Below, piece by piece: positions 53,365 through 64,000 of a DNA stretch of 64,000 nucleotides. Numbering within the stretch: position 1 is the first letter of the stretch; each line of letters opens with the position of its first letter. Source of the DNA: Eledone cirrhosa (lineage: Eukaryota); NCBI GenBank assembly GCA_964016885.1, contig OZ024743.1, positions 54,808,001-54,872,000 on the forward strand. Reading direction: 5' to 3'. The position numbers were made by a program, and so were the translations under genes. A model generated the notes under the pieces. That model saw only the letters and a list, made by a program, of their open reading frames with translations. It was not told the origin of the DNA and searched no databases.

Positions 53365-54259
53365 TTTTTTTTTCAGAAGTTTCCTTTAATATAATAAATA
53401 AATTTAGCGGAAATGTAAAAAAAAACAACACTGAAAAATTAAAGATAAATACAACAACAAAAACAACGACAAATAAAAAGCCAACTGCAGTCTTATAAAA
53501 AAGAATCAACAACAATAACAACAGCAGCAAATATATGAACAACAATAACGGAAATATTAGCAGCAACATCAGTAAAAACTACAGACTCAGTAACAATAAC
53601 ACAATAGTATAAACAACAGCAACAACATCACAACAATAACAATGATAGTAACAAAACACAATAGTAACCACAAGAATCTGTATAAACCTACAACAACTAT
53701 AACAACAATAATATTGTTTATTCGCTGTATAAGAAAGAAAGAAAGAAAGAGAAAATAGAAAATAGAAAAGAAAAAAACGAAAGAAAAAGATTTAAAAAAA
53801 AAACAGAACAAAAGGAAAAAAGACGGAAATGAAAAAGAAGGATGATGATGATGATGATGGTGATGGTGATAATTATGGTGATGATGATGATGATGATGGT
53901 GAGCGATTATGATTATGACGACGATGATGATGATGATGATGATGATGACGATGATGATGATGATGATACATCGATGGGCGGCGACGAGGCGAAACTATCA
54001 GAAATGGCGCGAAAATATAAGCTGTCGGTGATAAATGAGCTATGGGATATAATAACGACATGTAGGCTGAGGTAGAATAGGGTGAGGGTATATATATATA
54101 TATATACGGAGAGAGAGATAGAGAGAAACACACTCACACATATATTCACATACAAACACCAATTAGATATATATAGATACATGAAAAATGAATACATATT
54201 TATGTAAACATGGACTGTCCAATACTTTCATAAAAGTGTGAAGATATATAACGCATACA

Positions 54260-54840
54260 GGCATCTGAAGCATGTGGAGAATTTCAAGTATCTTGGGGAC
54301 GTGTTCGCAAGGAATAGATGGCAGGGGGTTGAATTAAATGCAAGAATTGCAAGAGTTGTTGCTGTAATCTACTAGGTTCAGAATTCGGTAATCGGAAGAA
54401 ATGAGGTAGGTTTAAAAGCCAAACTCTCTATCTTCAAATCGGTATTCCTGCCAAACCTTATCTAGGGAAGTGACCGAAACAGCACGATCGCGAATACAAG
54501 TGGCCGATATGGAACTCCTCCTAAGGGTATTTGGAGCAACGTTACTCGATAGAGTGCGTACCTCAGAGATCAGAGTGTCACTCCAGGTAGAGCTGCTACT
54601 CTTCCGAATTCAGAGATCACATCTACGATATAACGGGCATATGGTTCGAATGTCTCAGGAAGGAACCGGTAGACAGATTTTACGGGCAAAACCAATAGGT
54701 TGGAGATTCAGGAGTAGACACCGAGCAAGATGGTTGGATAACATCCATGAGCTTGGTTGGTCTCGCTTTTGAATCCAGCCAGACCAGTTGGAGATGGAAG
54801 CGTCTGACAGGAAGCCACTGAAATGAGTATTTAAGGACTC
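54260..54840 (+). pseudogene. RTE-clade (Expander/Rex3-like) LINE 3' fragment
   Basis: VENFKYLG, KAKLSIFKSVFLP and RSRIQVADMELL...LRYNGHMVRM...RWLDNI. Confidence 0.8.
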
Positions 54841-55251
54841 TACAAGGAAGTAGATAAAGAAAGCCAGTATTAAACTAGTTAGACCATTATTCAAGCGTAC
54901 TCGATATTTGGGATAGTAGAGTGTGGATATATTAGAAAGAGTCGGACTCCGACGGCTGATCTCTTGTCATTTCAACAGCTTATTCTAGTCTGGAACTAGC
55001 TGTTGAAAGGCCAAGAGCTCAGCCGTCGGACCCGCTTCTTCCTTTTATATATATAGATGTATATCTATATCTATATAAATATATATATGTGTGTGTGCGT
55101 GTTTGTGTGAATCCCGGGTTCAATCGGGGGTAACCACAGTTAGTAAGAAACTCAAAACATTAGTAAAGTGTAAACACCATGATTAATATAGAAATGACTT
55201 CTCCAGGGACTGTTTTATTCAAATGAAATCATCATATATATATATATATAT

Positions 55252-55650
55252 AGAATAGAAAACGAAAAATCAGTGATGCATCTGGACTCAATTTAGTGTG
55301 TGTTACAATTGTTTCGCCGGCGGACATCTCGAGACGCCATCATTGTGTGGATCTGTCTGATTCTGTTCGACGGACACGTCTAATGATTTCGGACCATATT
55401 CTCTCACAACGAGAGAATATGTTCCGAAATCATTAGACGTGTCCGTCGAACCTGCGGGTCTAGAATCAGACAGATCCACACAATGATCGCGTCTCGAGTT
55501 GTCCGCAGGCGAAACAATTGTAACACACAATAAATTGAGTTCAGATGCATCACTGATTTTTCGTTTTCTATTCTATCATACTCTGCTCTGTAAGAGCATA
55601 GAGTGCTCAACCGGCATACCGCCTATGGAAGCATCTTAGCTACCATCAGA
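55252..55650. mobile_element. Palindromic insert with variant hammerhead (55439-55526, +)
   Basis: Inverted arms centred near 55408; gtgt-CCGTCGA-a cctgcgg...ccgcagg c-GAAAC aatt GTA-acac. Confidence 0.65.
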
Positions 55651-55696
55651 CACACACACACATATATATAGATAGATATAGATATAGATATATATA

Positions 55697-55940
55697 TTTG
55701 TTTTGCGAGGTTTTTGATATGATATCGTGTGTCGAAACAAATATTGTTATACTTGGGGAGGGTCATATTGTTGTAATAATATTGCCAGAAATAATAACAG
55801 AACACACTCACTGTTTGGTCGGTTTATATATATGGAGATATAAAAGATACAGAAACGAAAACCTACCAAATAGTGAGTGTGTTCTGTTACTATTTCTGGC
55901 AATATTATTACAACAATATGACCCTCCCCAAGTATAACTA
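55697..55940. mobile_element. Two-armed PLE tail insert
   Basis: ~55746-55820 is inverted at ~55865-55938; same family as 1798-1973. Confidence 0.7.
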
Positions 55941-55995
55941 TATATATATATATGAGGGTGTTAAAGTTTGCTTGAAGCATTGTGAAATGTGTAAA

Positions 55996-56336
<341 letters not shown>

Positions 56337-56524
56337 CACAAACCATGCAACCATCTTCCAACAAACCAACATCTATAGAATAACTCTTTAACGAACAAAC
56401 ACACATATTTCTACCAACCAAACAACCAGCATGTATATAATATCACTTTAACAAAGACATACACACTCTGACAAATACAAATACACGCGTGCATGACATC
56501 AGGACACGTATATATAAAAATAAA

Positions 56525-56602
<78 letters not shown>

Positions 56603-57559
56603 GATATTAAATAAATGGAAACTATATTTATAAAACCATATTTATTTCATTATATATATTTCAGGGATATCATATTAACAATATGCTATGCCTTCCTCAG
56701 ACAAAATACAATATAAGCAGTTTTATAGATAAATAGATTTGACATACCGTACAACATCGACTTGTATTTGAAAAGTTGAATTGGCAGTGAAAAAATTGTA
56801 AACAGAAAGCAAGAAAGAGAGAAAAAAAAGGAAAGAAAGACAGAAAACGAAGAAAAAGAAAAAAAAGAAGAAATGCATGGAACAAAATAGAGAGATGGAA
56901 AGATAGATAAAGAGAAGAACTTCATGTAAAGAAACAGAGAGAGATATATAGAGAGAGAGGAAATAGATAGAGATAGATATATATATAGAAAAATATGTAG
57001 TTGGACATCCGTTGAGTAAACGTATCAATGATACATTTATTTATTTATTTATTTATTTAGCTCTAGTATTAATGTAAGGGAGATATATGTGGTTAGGAGA
57101 GAAACCAGCTGTTATATAGAGAGAAAAATGAAAAGTAACCAGACATAGGCGAGGCATAAAAACCCTATGTTTTAATGTAGAAGTATTAATATGTATAAAA
57201 ACCAGGCATTATATTGAAAATATCAGTATTCCTGAATGAGACACGTATCCATAATGTGTGAAAAGTAATGATCTTATGTTTAGTTTTAAAAAATTCATAT
57301 GTTTATATGATAACTACAAACATCAATGTGAATTTACATGATCAACTCTGCAAACCCTAAGTCACACGGAAAACATTCTCAATTGTGCTATAAAAATTTA
57401 AGTATACACATATGTGTATATATATACACATATATATATAGAGTCTATATTACTACTATTCTTGTCTTTACTCTACAAGATTATCTATCAAGCAGAAATA
57501 GAGAGCAGATTTCAATATATTAATAAAAAATATATCAGAAACAAAAACCAAAAAACAAC

Positions 57560-57592
<33 letters not shown>

Positions 57593-58054
57593 ATAATAAA
57601 ATAGAAAACTAAAAAATATTACGAAAAAAATATTACATATTAAAAATATTACATATTAAAAATAAAAATAAAAATATTAGAAAATACTACAATAATAAAA
57701 ATAAACCACAAAGATCAACCCTTCAAAATTAATTGACAATATATTGCCAAGTTCATTATAAGCATCAGAGTCGAAAACAGATAAAGCTAAAAATTATTTA
57801 TCAAATCGCATCTAGCAAAAATCATTTCAAAAAGTTTAGGATGCCCATTTGGTCTACATGTGTTCTTATATTTAATATAGAAGTTTATCTAGTGTAACGT
57901 TTATTCAAAATATTTGGAGCATCAACTTTTAGGGTAGTTTAATTTTTCATGAAGAATGTTTAAATAAAAATAAAAATAAAAAGAAGAATAAGAAGAAGAA
58001 ATCGAAAGATTTATCGGCTAGTTTCCCAAATAATTATAAATCAAACTAAATATA

Positions 58055-58570
58055 CTACATTTTAAATTTAAATTTATATTTAAAAGTTGAGTTTAATCTA
58101 TGTTTGCAGCAACTGAATAAATTTGTCCGTAGATTAAGGGAATTTTTAGATTTTAGTATAAAGAATATCTCCTCTGCGCAGAGGTCACATGTCTCAGAGG
58201 ATGAATTAAAAGGAATCCCTCTTGAGACTATATTCCAAGCCGTCGAATATCTAACGTTATCTAGCTTAAGTTGCCAGAGTACACCTGATAGTGCCGTTGA
58301 AGATTTTTTGCTTGGATCTGTGAAAGAATTCTTGTGGTTATTATAGCGAAGTTTAAATTCCGTCGATGTGAAACCGACGTAGTTAAAAGAATTAGAATCA
58401 GTTTTAACATTACAATTGTATACTATATTTTTAACTAAGCAGTTGTTATTTAACGGACATTTAGATCTATCTCTACAGTTACATTTGTTAACTTGTATAT
58501 TATTTATGCTATTATCACTAGGTTTTAAGTTCCTATTATTTATTCTATTAAACTTCGCTATAATAACCAC
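58055..58570 (-). CDS. Stand-alone GIY-YIG endonuclease domain of PLE type
   Basis: CNCRDRSKCPLNNNC, IVY...YVG, KLRYNNH, CDLCAEE and LNLRTNLFSCCKHR; open frame, but only a GTG start. Confidence 0.75.
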   Translation of the reverse strand: MVIIAKFNRINNRNLKPSDNSINNIQVNKCNCRDRSKCPLNNNCLVKNIVYNCNVKTDSNSFNYVGFTSTEFKLRYNNHKNSFTDPSKKSSTALSGVLWQLKLDNVRYSTAWNIVSRGIPFNSSSETCDLCAEEIFFILKSKNSLNLRTNLFSCCKHRLNSTFKYKFKFKM

Positions 58571-58676
58571 AAGAATTAATGCCCTTTAAAGTAAGGTGGG
58601 AAGATGGGTATATTTTAAAGAGGTGTATGTATATGTGCCTTTGAGAAAAGATTCTAAATTGATAAAGAATTGAATA

Positions 58677-61136
58677 TTAACTGTATACTTTGTGAAAAGT
58701 CCTATGGAATTTATGGAGGCAGATAGAAAATAAATCTGTACGTCTATTTATTATAGAATCTAGGTTAGAGATAATGGTAAATTTTTCATTTAGGCAGAGA
58801 TTACAGATTTTAGATAGAGAGCTGTTCAAGTATGAGGATGCAGAAGAAACCTTCTTCCAAAAGATGGTATATTTAATGTTTTTGTCTTTTAAGGACCATA
58901 TGAGTTCTGAGAGAGCAGTGTTGGTTCTTTTAAGTTTGTATTTGAAAGATGAATGATGATTATAGAGACGAGCTTTAAAAGAGGTGGAAGTGGAGCCAAA
59001 ATAGGTGAAGGAATTGGTGCTAGTTATAATTTTACATTCATAAATTAAGTTTTTATCGAGACAATGGTTGTTGAGAGGACATTTATTTTTAATGCGGCAG
59101 TTGCAATTAGAGAGATTATTAATGAGTGACCTAGTGTTATCTATAGAAGGAATTAGATTGGAGAAGTTGTTTGCGATAGGAATAATAGGAATAATAGTTT
59201 CTTGATTTAGAGTTGGATTATGAACATTTAGCGAAGTTGTGTTTGACGTTGTATTTGTGTTTACAGAAGTTAGCCTAGGGTTTACAATGACGTCGGGAGT
59301 ACTATTACTGTTATGAAATTCAATGTTGGAAGGAAGAGATTTAGTATTTAGTATTTTATTGTTGTGTTTAGAGATGATGTTGGAAATATTGGAGGATGTA
59401 GAATAAGAAAATTTGATGGTGTGTTTGTTAAATATTTTACTATAGATATGTGAGGGAGGGAAGCATTTATTTAAGGCACTAAAAAATAATTTAGGAATAT
59501 TGTTATTAATAGAGATGGAGAAAGGAGCATTATACCAGATTATGTTTTTGTATCTAGGTCTTTTATTAAAATTATTGGAATGATCATGATTAATTATTCT
59601 ACTGTAAGTTTTTCTAGAATTTGTTTCTTTACTATATTTGATTTTATCTGGATAGCCGGCTTTAGAAAGTGCGTTATTATAGTAATTGGCGTTAGCATCA
59701 AAGATGTTTTTATTAGAGGATATGTTAGATATTCTTTTTCCAATATTACTAACTATAGCATTCTTGATATTGGTAGGATGGTTAGATTTAAAGTTAACAT
59801 AATTTAGGTTCTCATTGTTTTTATGGTAAGGGTAATATAGGCCAGTGTCAAGATTAAGAGATACATCCAAGAAATTAGCTAGTTTGATACTATTATCAAA
59901 TTCAATTTTTAGGTTATGTTGGTTAAAGAGATTACGTATATTGTTCTTAATAATATTAAGGTTAACTATATTGCAATTTAAGATAGTAAAGAGTCCATCG
60001 TCACGATAAATTCCACCGCGAAGTTGAGGAATTTTCCGACTCAAAGAGTTCAAAATGAAGATACCAATTAAATCAGTCAATTGGGATGAATCGGATGCTC
60101 CCATTGTGATATCGAAGTTGTTAGAGGTATCGGCTCTGGTCCAATATTCGTTGTTGAACTCTAGGATGGTTTTACGTGCGGTGAGGATGATGTGAAGTTC
60201 ATCTGTGGTGATGTCAGAATATTTAAGTGCGAAAGATAGAGCATTATTGAGAAGTGAAGGCGAAATGGAGGAATAGTAGCTGGCAATATCAAATTGAATA
60301 AATTTTAGTTTGTTTTTATTATCCAATTTGTTGAACCAGCCAATCACCTCAGAAGTACCAAACCATAAATTTAGGTTCAAAGAAGAGCAATTAGAACTAA
60401 CCTGTGGGATAATTCTATCCAAGATGGCTTTACTAACAACCCCCAGATCAGATTTAGAGGGGGCGATTAATCTAACAGGTAGTTCAGTGCGAAAATTGTT
60501 TTTGTGATCCTTGAGATTTATCCTCGGAGTTCTTGGGAGGAATGGTTCGGTCTTTTTTTCAATGCCAAGTTTTGACATAATCTCAGAGGCTTCAAGGTTT
60601 ATGTATTCTAAATTTTCATGGTTGGTTTTACGATACTTTTTCCTAAGTTCCTTTAGGATAAGGTTGTTATAATTATCCTTGGAAATACCATATAAGTTAT
60701 TGGTTTTGTCAGAGTGGACTAAAACATTTTTTGAGGAATTTAGGTTAGAGATTGTGTTCTTGAGATTTACAAGGTGCTCTTGTCCTTTGTAAGGGTATCT
60801 CTTGAATTTAAGATTTTTTATTATTTTAGTTAATTTTTCCTCGAATTGTACTAGATTTTTGTTGGAAGGAGGATTTCGTCTAGAATTAAAAAGATGATCG
60901 AGGAAGTTATGTTCTTTGGTATGGAAGTTCTCTTTAAGGCGCTGGTCATAGAAATAGGCTGTCCATCTAAGTCTTCCTACGAAGGAGTCAGTTTTTTCAA
61001 TAAGAAGTTTGGTGAATTCAGATTTACCAGGTATAGGAATGTCTTTAGTTGAATTGGTTATGTTGTAATAATCCATGTTGTAGAAGAAGAGGTGAAGGAC
61101 CATCAAAAGGTATCCAATATGAGAGTAAGCGCTCAA
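58677..61136 (-). CDS. Penelope-like element polyprotein: RT + Cys-rich linker + GIY-YIG (819 aa; true start may be MDYYN)
   Basis: SDKTN, KDHK, PVRLI, FDIASYYSSI, MGASDS and IYRDD (RT); FLDV, YHK and SNHP; CNCRIKNKCPL, LIY...YFG, RLYNH and CNLCLNEK. Confidence 0.93.
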   Translation of the reverse strand: MSAYSHIGYLLMVLHLFFYNMDYYNITNSTKDIPIPGKSEFTKLLIEKTDSFVGRLRWTAYFYDQRLKENFHTKEHNFLDHLFNSRRNPPSNKNLVQFEEKLTKIIKNLKFKRYPYKGQEHLVNLKNTISNLNSSKNVLVHSDKTNNLYGISKDNYNNLILKELRKKYRKTNHENLEYINLEASEIMSKLGIEKKTEPFLPRTPRINLKDHKNNFRTELPVRLIAPSKSDLGVVSKAILDRIIPQVSSNCSSLNLNLWFGTSEVIGWFNKLDNKNKLKFIQFDIASYYSSISPSLLNNALSFALKYSDITTDELHIILTARKTILEFNNEYWTRADTSNNFDITMGASDSSQLTDLIGIFILNSLSRKIPQLRGGIYRDDGLFTILNCNIVNLNIIKNNIRNLFNQHNLKIEFDNSIKLANFLDVSLNLDTGLYYPYHKNNENLNYVNFKSNHPTNIKNAIVSNIGKRISNISSNKNIFDANANYYNNALSKAGYPDKIKYSKETNSRKTYSRIINHDHSNNFNKRPRYKNIIWYNAPFSISINNNIPKLFFSALNKCFPPSHIYSKIFNKHTIKFSYSTSSNISNIISKHNNKILNTKSLPSNIEFHNSNSTPDVIVNPRLTSVNTNTTSNTTSLNVHNPTLNQETIIPIIPIANNFSNLIPSIDNTRSLINNLSNCNCRIKNKCPLNNHCLDKNLIYECKIITSTNSFTYFGSTSTSFKARLYNHHSSFKYKLKRTNTALSELIWSLKDKNIKYTIFWKKVSSASSYLNSSLSKICNLCLNEKFTIISNLDSIINRRTDLFSICLHKFHRTFHKVYS

Positions 61137-61152
61137 CCGTTAAGGAGCAAGT

Positions 61153-61283
61153 TAAAATACATGGAACTCCTTTAACCATCTTTTGATCTTATATTATGTA
61201 TACTCCAGTCCTACAAACTGTAGAGTGCTTCTTATCCGATATCTGCATTGCTTTATTGTACTACAATAAAACTCACCTCCTAC

Positions 61284-61287
<4 letters not shown>
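61153..61287 (+). mobile_element. Inverted pLTR arm at the 5' end of the PLE
   Basis: Matches the sequence directly downstream of the hammerhead cleavage site in 39893-39940 (-) and also 40141-40167 (+). Confidence 0.7.
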
Positions 61288-61324
<37 letters not shown>

Positions 61325-61451
61325 ATGTATGCTTTTGTGTTTTTGTGTGTGTGTTTGCATGTGTAGTTTTATTTTATTTTTCCTTTCCTTCTTCCTTCTC
61401 CAGCCTTACTTGTTTTTAAAATCCAAATTCAATAAAAAGACCAGGATTTTT

Positions 61452-61510
61452 TTCATTCTGAGGATTGAAAGCAAAATCTTTTGCTTTTAAGAAACCAGTG
61501 GTAAATAGAA
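61452..61510 (+). ncRNA. Intact type I hammerhead
   Basis: att-CTGAGGA-ttgaaagcaaaa tc ttttgcttttaa-GAAAC cagtg GTA-aat. Confidence 0.75.
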
Positions 61511-61632
61511 TAATTGCCTTATGTTGTTTATTACATAACTATTAAGCTCTGTTACCTACATAGAGCACTCTTTTTTCCTGGACTTTTCCGACGGAATTAC
61601 TTCATTTACACACATATATATATATATATATA

Positions 61633-61950
61633 TAAGAAAAAAAAGATCAAATCGAAAATGCAACTGGAGTCTTTTTTTTTAAATATATTTATTTCGTTCC
61701 TTTACCGGTTTCGCAGTTCTTGTGCTTTTCAAAAGTAGAATTAAGATGGAGGTTTTAAAAACCACAAACCCTGCATCTCAATTCTACCTTTGAAAAGCAC
61801 AAGAACTGCGAAACTGGTAAAGGAACCAAATAGATATATTTAAAAAAAAAGACTCCTGTTGCATTTTCGATTTCATCTTTTTCCCTTATACTTTCACTCG
61901 TGTAGGACACCCTCGTTTTTTTTTCATTTTGTAAAAAAACCTCACTTTCT
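61633..61950. mobile_element. Two-armed insert with two minimal U3-A8 hammerheads (61700-61735 -, 61787-61822 +)
   Basis: ctt-TTGAAAA-gca caagaac tgc-GAAAC cg GTA-aag on the minus arm and a near-identical copy on the plus arm. Confidence 0.8.
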
Positions 61951-62327
61951 ACGATATCCTGAACTTCAGCGACGAACTCGGGCGTTCTGCAGGCGTCAGA
62001 TCGTCGATCATGTGTTTTCCTCTCTGATGTTGCTTCGTAGTCGAATCCTGAATCTTCCAATTCCTTTCTGACCTTTTCCACCATTCTCCTGCTGACGCTG
62101 AGAAAGTCTGAAATTTCCTTATTTGTCCTCCCGGCGCGGATTCCAAGAAGAACTCCGTGTCCCTTCCATAAATTTGGAGGTTCAACATTATTCATAATCA
62201 ATTATTCTGAAAATAAATAATGGAATATAGTCACTGTTTTTATGAAGAAAAGAGTGACAACGGAAGTAAAAAAAATTTGCATAAAATTAGCAGTTGAAAA
62301 TTGCGAACAAATATCGTCCACACCCTG
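61946..62327 (-). mobile_element. 5' portion of the DD37D transposon (TIR and N-terminal region)
   Basis: Near-identical to ~50260-50506 and supplies N-terminal sequence deleted in that copy. Confidence 0.85.
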
Positions 62328-62365
62328 TATATATATATATATATATATATAATATAATACTGACT

Positions 62366-62527
<162 letters not shown>

Positions 62528-63029
62528 AGTCAGGCATGTAACGAACAATCAACCAAAAAATCTATATTGTATCTCTAACACATGGAGAGATAAATACATT
62601 CACACAAACACATACATAAACAGGAATCCAGCCCACATATACATTAACAAACACCCATGTAACCATTCAACCTGCCAGCCAGCCAACCAAAAAGATATCT
62701 AAAACAAACTAAAGTAAATAAACATTAAAGTGGTGCTCTGTACTTTTTATGTATTGTCGACGTGATTGATAGTAATCAATGATTGATTATAGGCAGAAGC
62801 GTTTTGTTAATAAGTTGGTTTCCTCTATTTTAATATATTTGTCTTGAAATATGTGAAAATATCGCAATATATATCTCGCTCCGCATCACACACTGTCTCT
62901 TTGTGCCGTGTAATATCTCAGACCATCATTCTTAGTTTTCATCAATATTCGACAAGTAAATAACCAACGAATCGCTAATGCTTAGACACTCAACCGACCT
63001 TTCAATTGTTCACACACACACACATATAC

Positions 63030-63118
<89 letters not shown>

Positions 63119-63165
63119 AATAAATAGATAGTTAAGTATATATATACACACACACACTCACACAG

Positions 63166-63617
<452 letters not shown>

Positions 63618-63866
63618 ATATACATTTATAAACACATACACACATACATATATATATATACTTTTATATACCCATACTTATAGATATTAATATGAATATT
63701 TATACATTCGCGTGTCTGAGTGTGAGTATGTACACCTTATAAATACTATAACGAGTCTATCTATGTTTTAAGTCTTTCATTTATATACTAAATTTCTTTG
63801 GTTACGTAAAGGGATTCTTCTCTAAGATACATTTTTAACTATTGCATCTCTTTCTCACACTCTCGC

Positions 63867-63926
<60 letters not shown>

Positions 63927-63929
<3 letters not shown>

Positions 63930-64000
63930 TTGTCCCCCGGTTTTCGTTGGGGTAACGTTCCTGGAGCACCCGCGAAAAGTGAAAAACAGTGAATAATGGA
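63927..64000 (+). mobile_element. Left end of a Tigger/pogo-like DNA transposon or MITE
   Basis: TA-CAGTTGTCCCCCGG...GGGGTAACGTTCC...CCCGCGAAAA resembles Tigger-type TIRs; the other end is outside the window. Confidence 0.55.

Overview
Repeat-dominated, AT-rich animal DNA with no recognisable host protein-coding gene. The repeat landscape suggests an octopus or other coleoid cephalopod, but that is inference. Most short ORFs in the track are translations of (TA)n, (TG)n or (GA)n microsatellites. Real coding content is all mobile: three Tx1/L1-clade LINEs (one with both ORFs open, two sitting at (ATT)n), a Penelope-like element (PLE) with an intact RT+GIY-YIG ORF followed by a second stand-alone GIY-YIG ORF, further PLE, RTE and R4/Dong fragments, DD37D Tc1/mariner copies and tRNA-derived SINEs. 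The main hidden signal is non-coding. I read about a dozen intact and several degenerate type I hammerhead ribozymes by eye, some with the U3-A8 core variant. They lie in short inserts within (TA)n tracts that nearly always have two divergent arms of the same family. Two of these families are ORF-less, terminally redundant monomers of about 590 and 512 bp, consistent with retrozyme-like circular RNAs mobilised by PLE machinery. All folds and alignments are manual and need computational and experimental confirmation.
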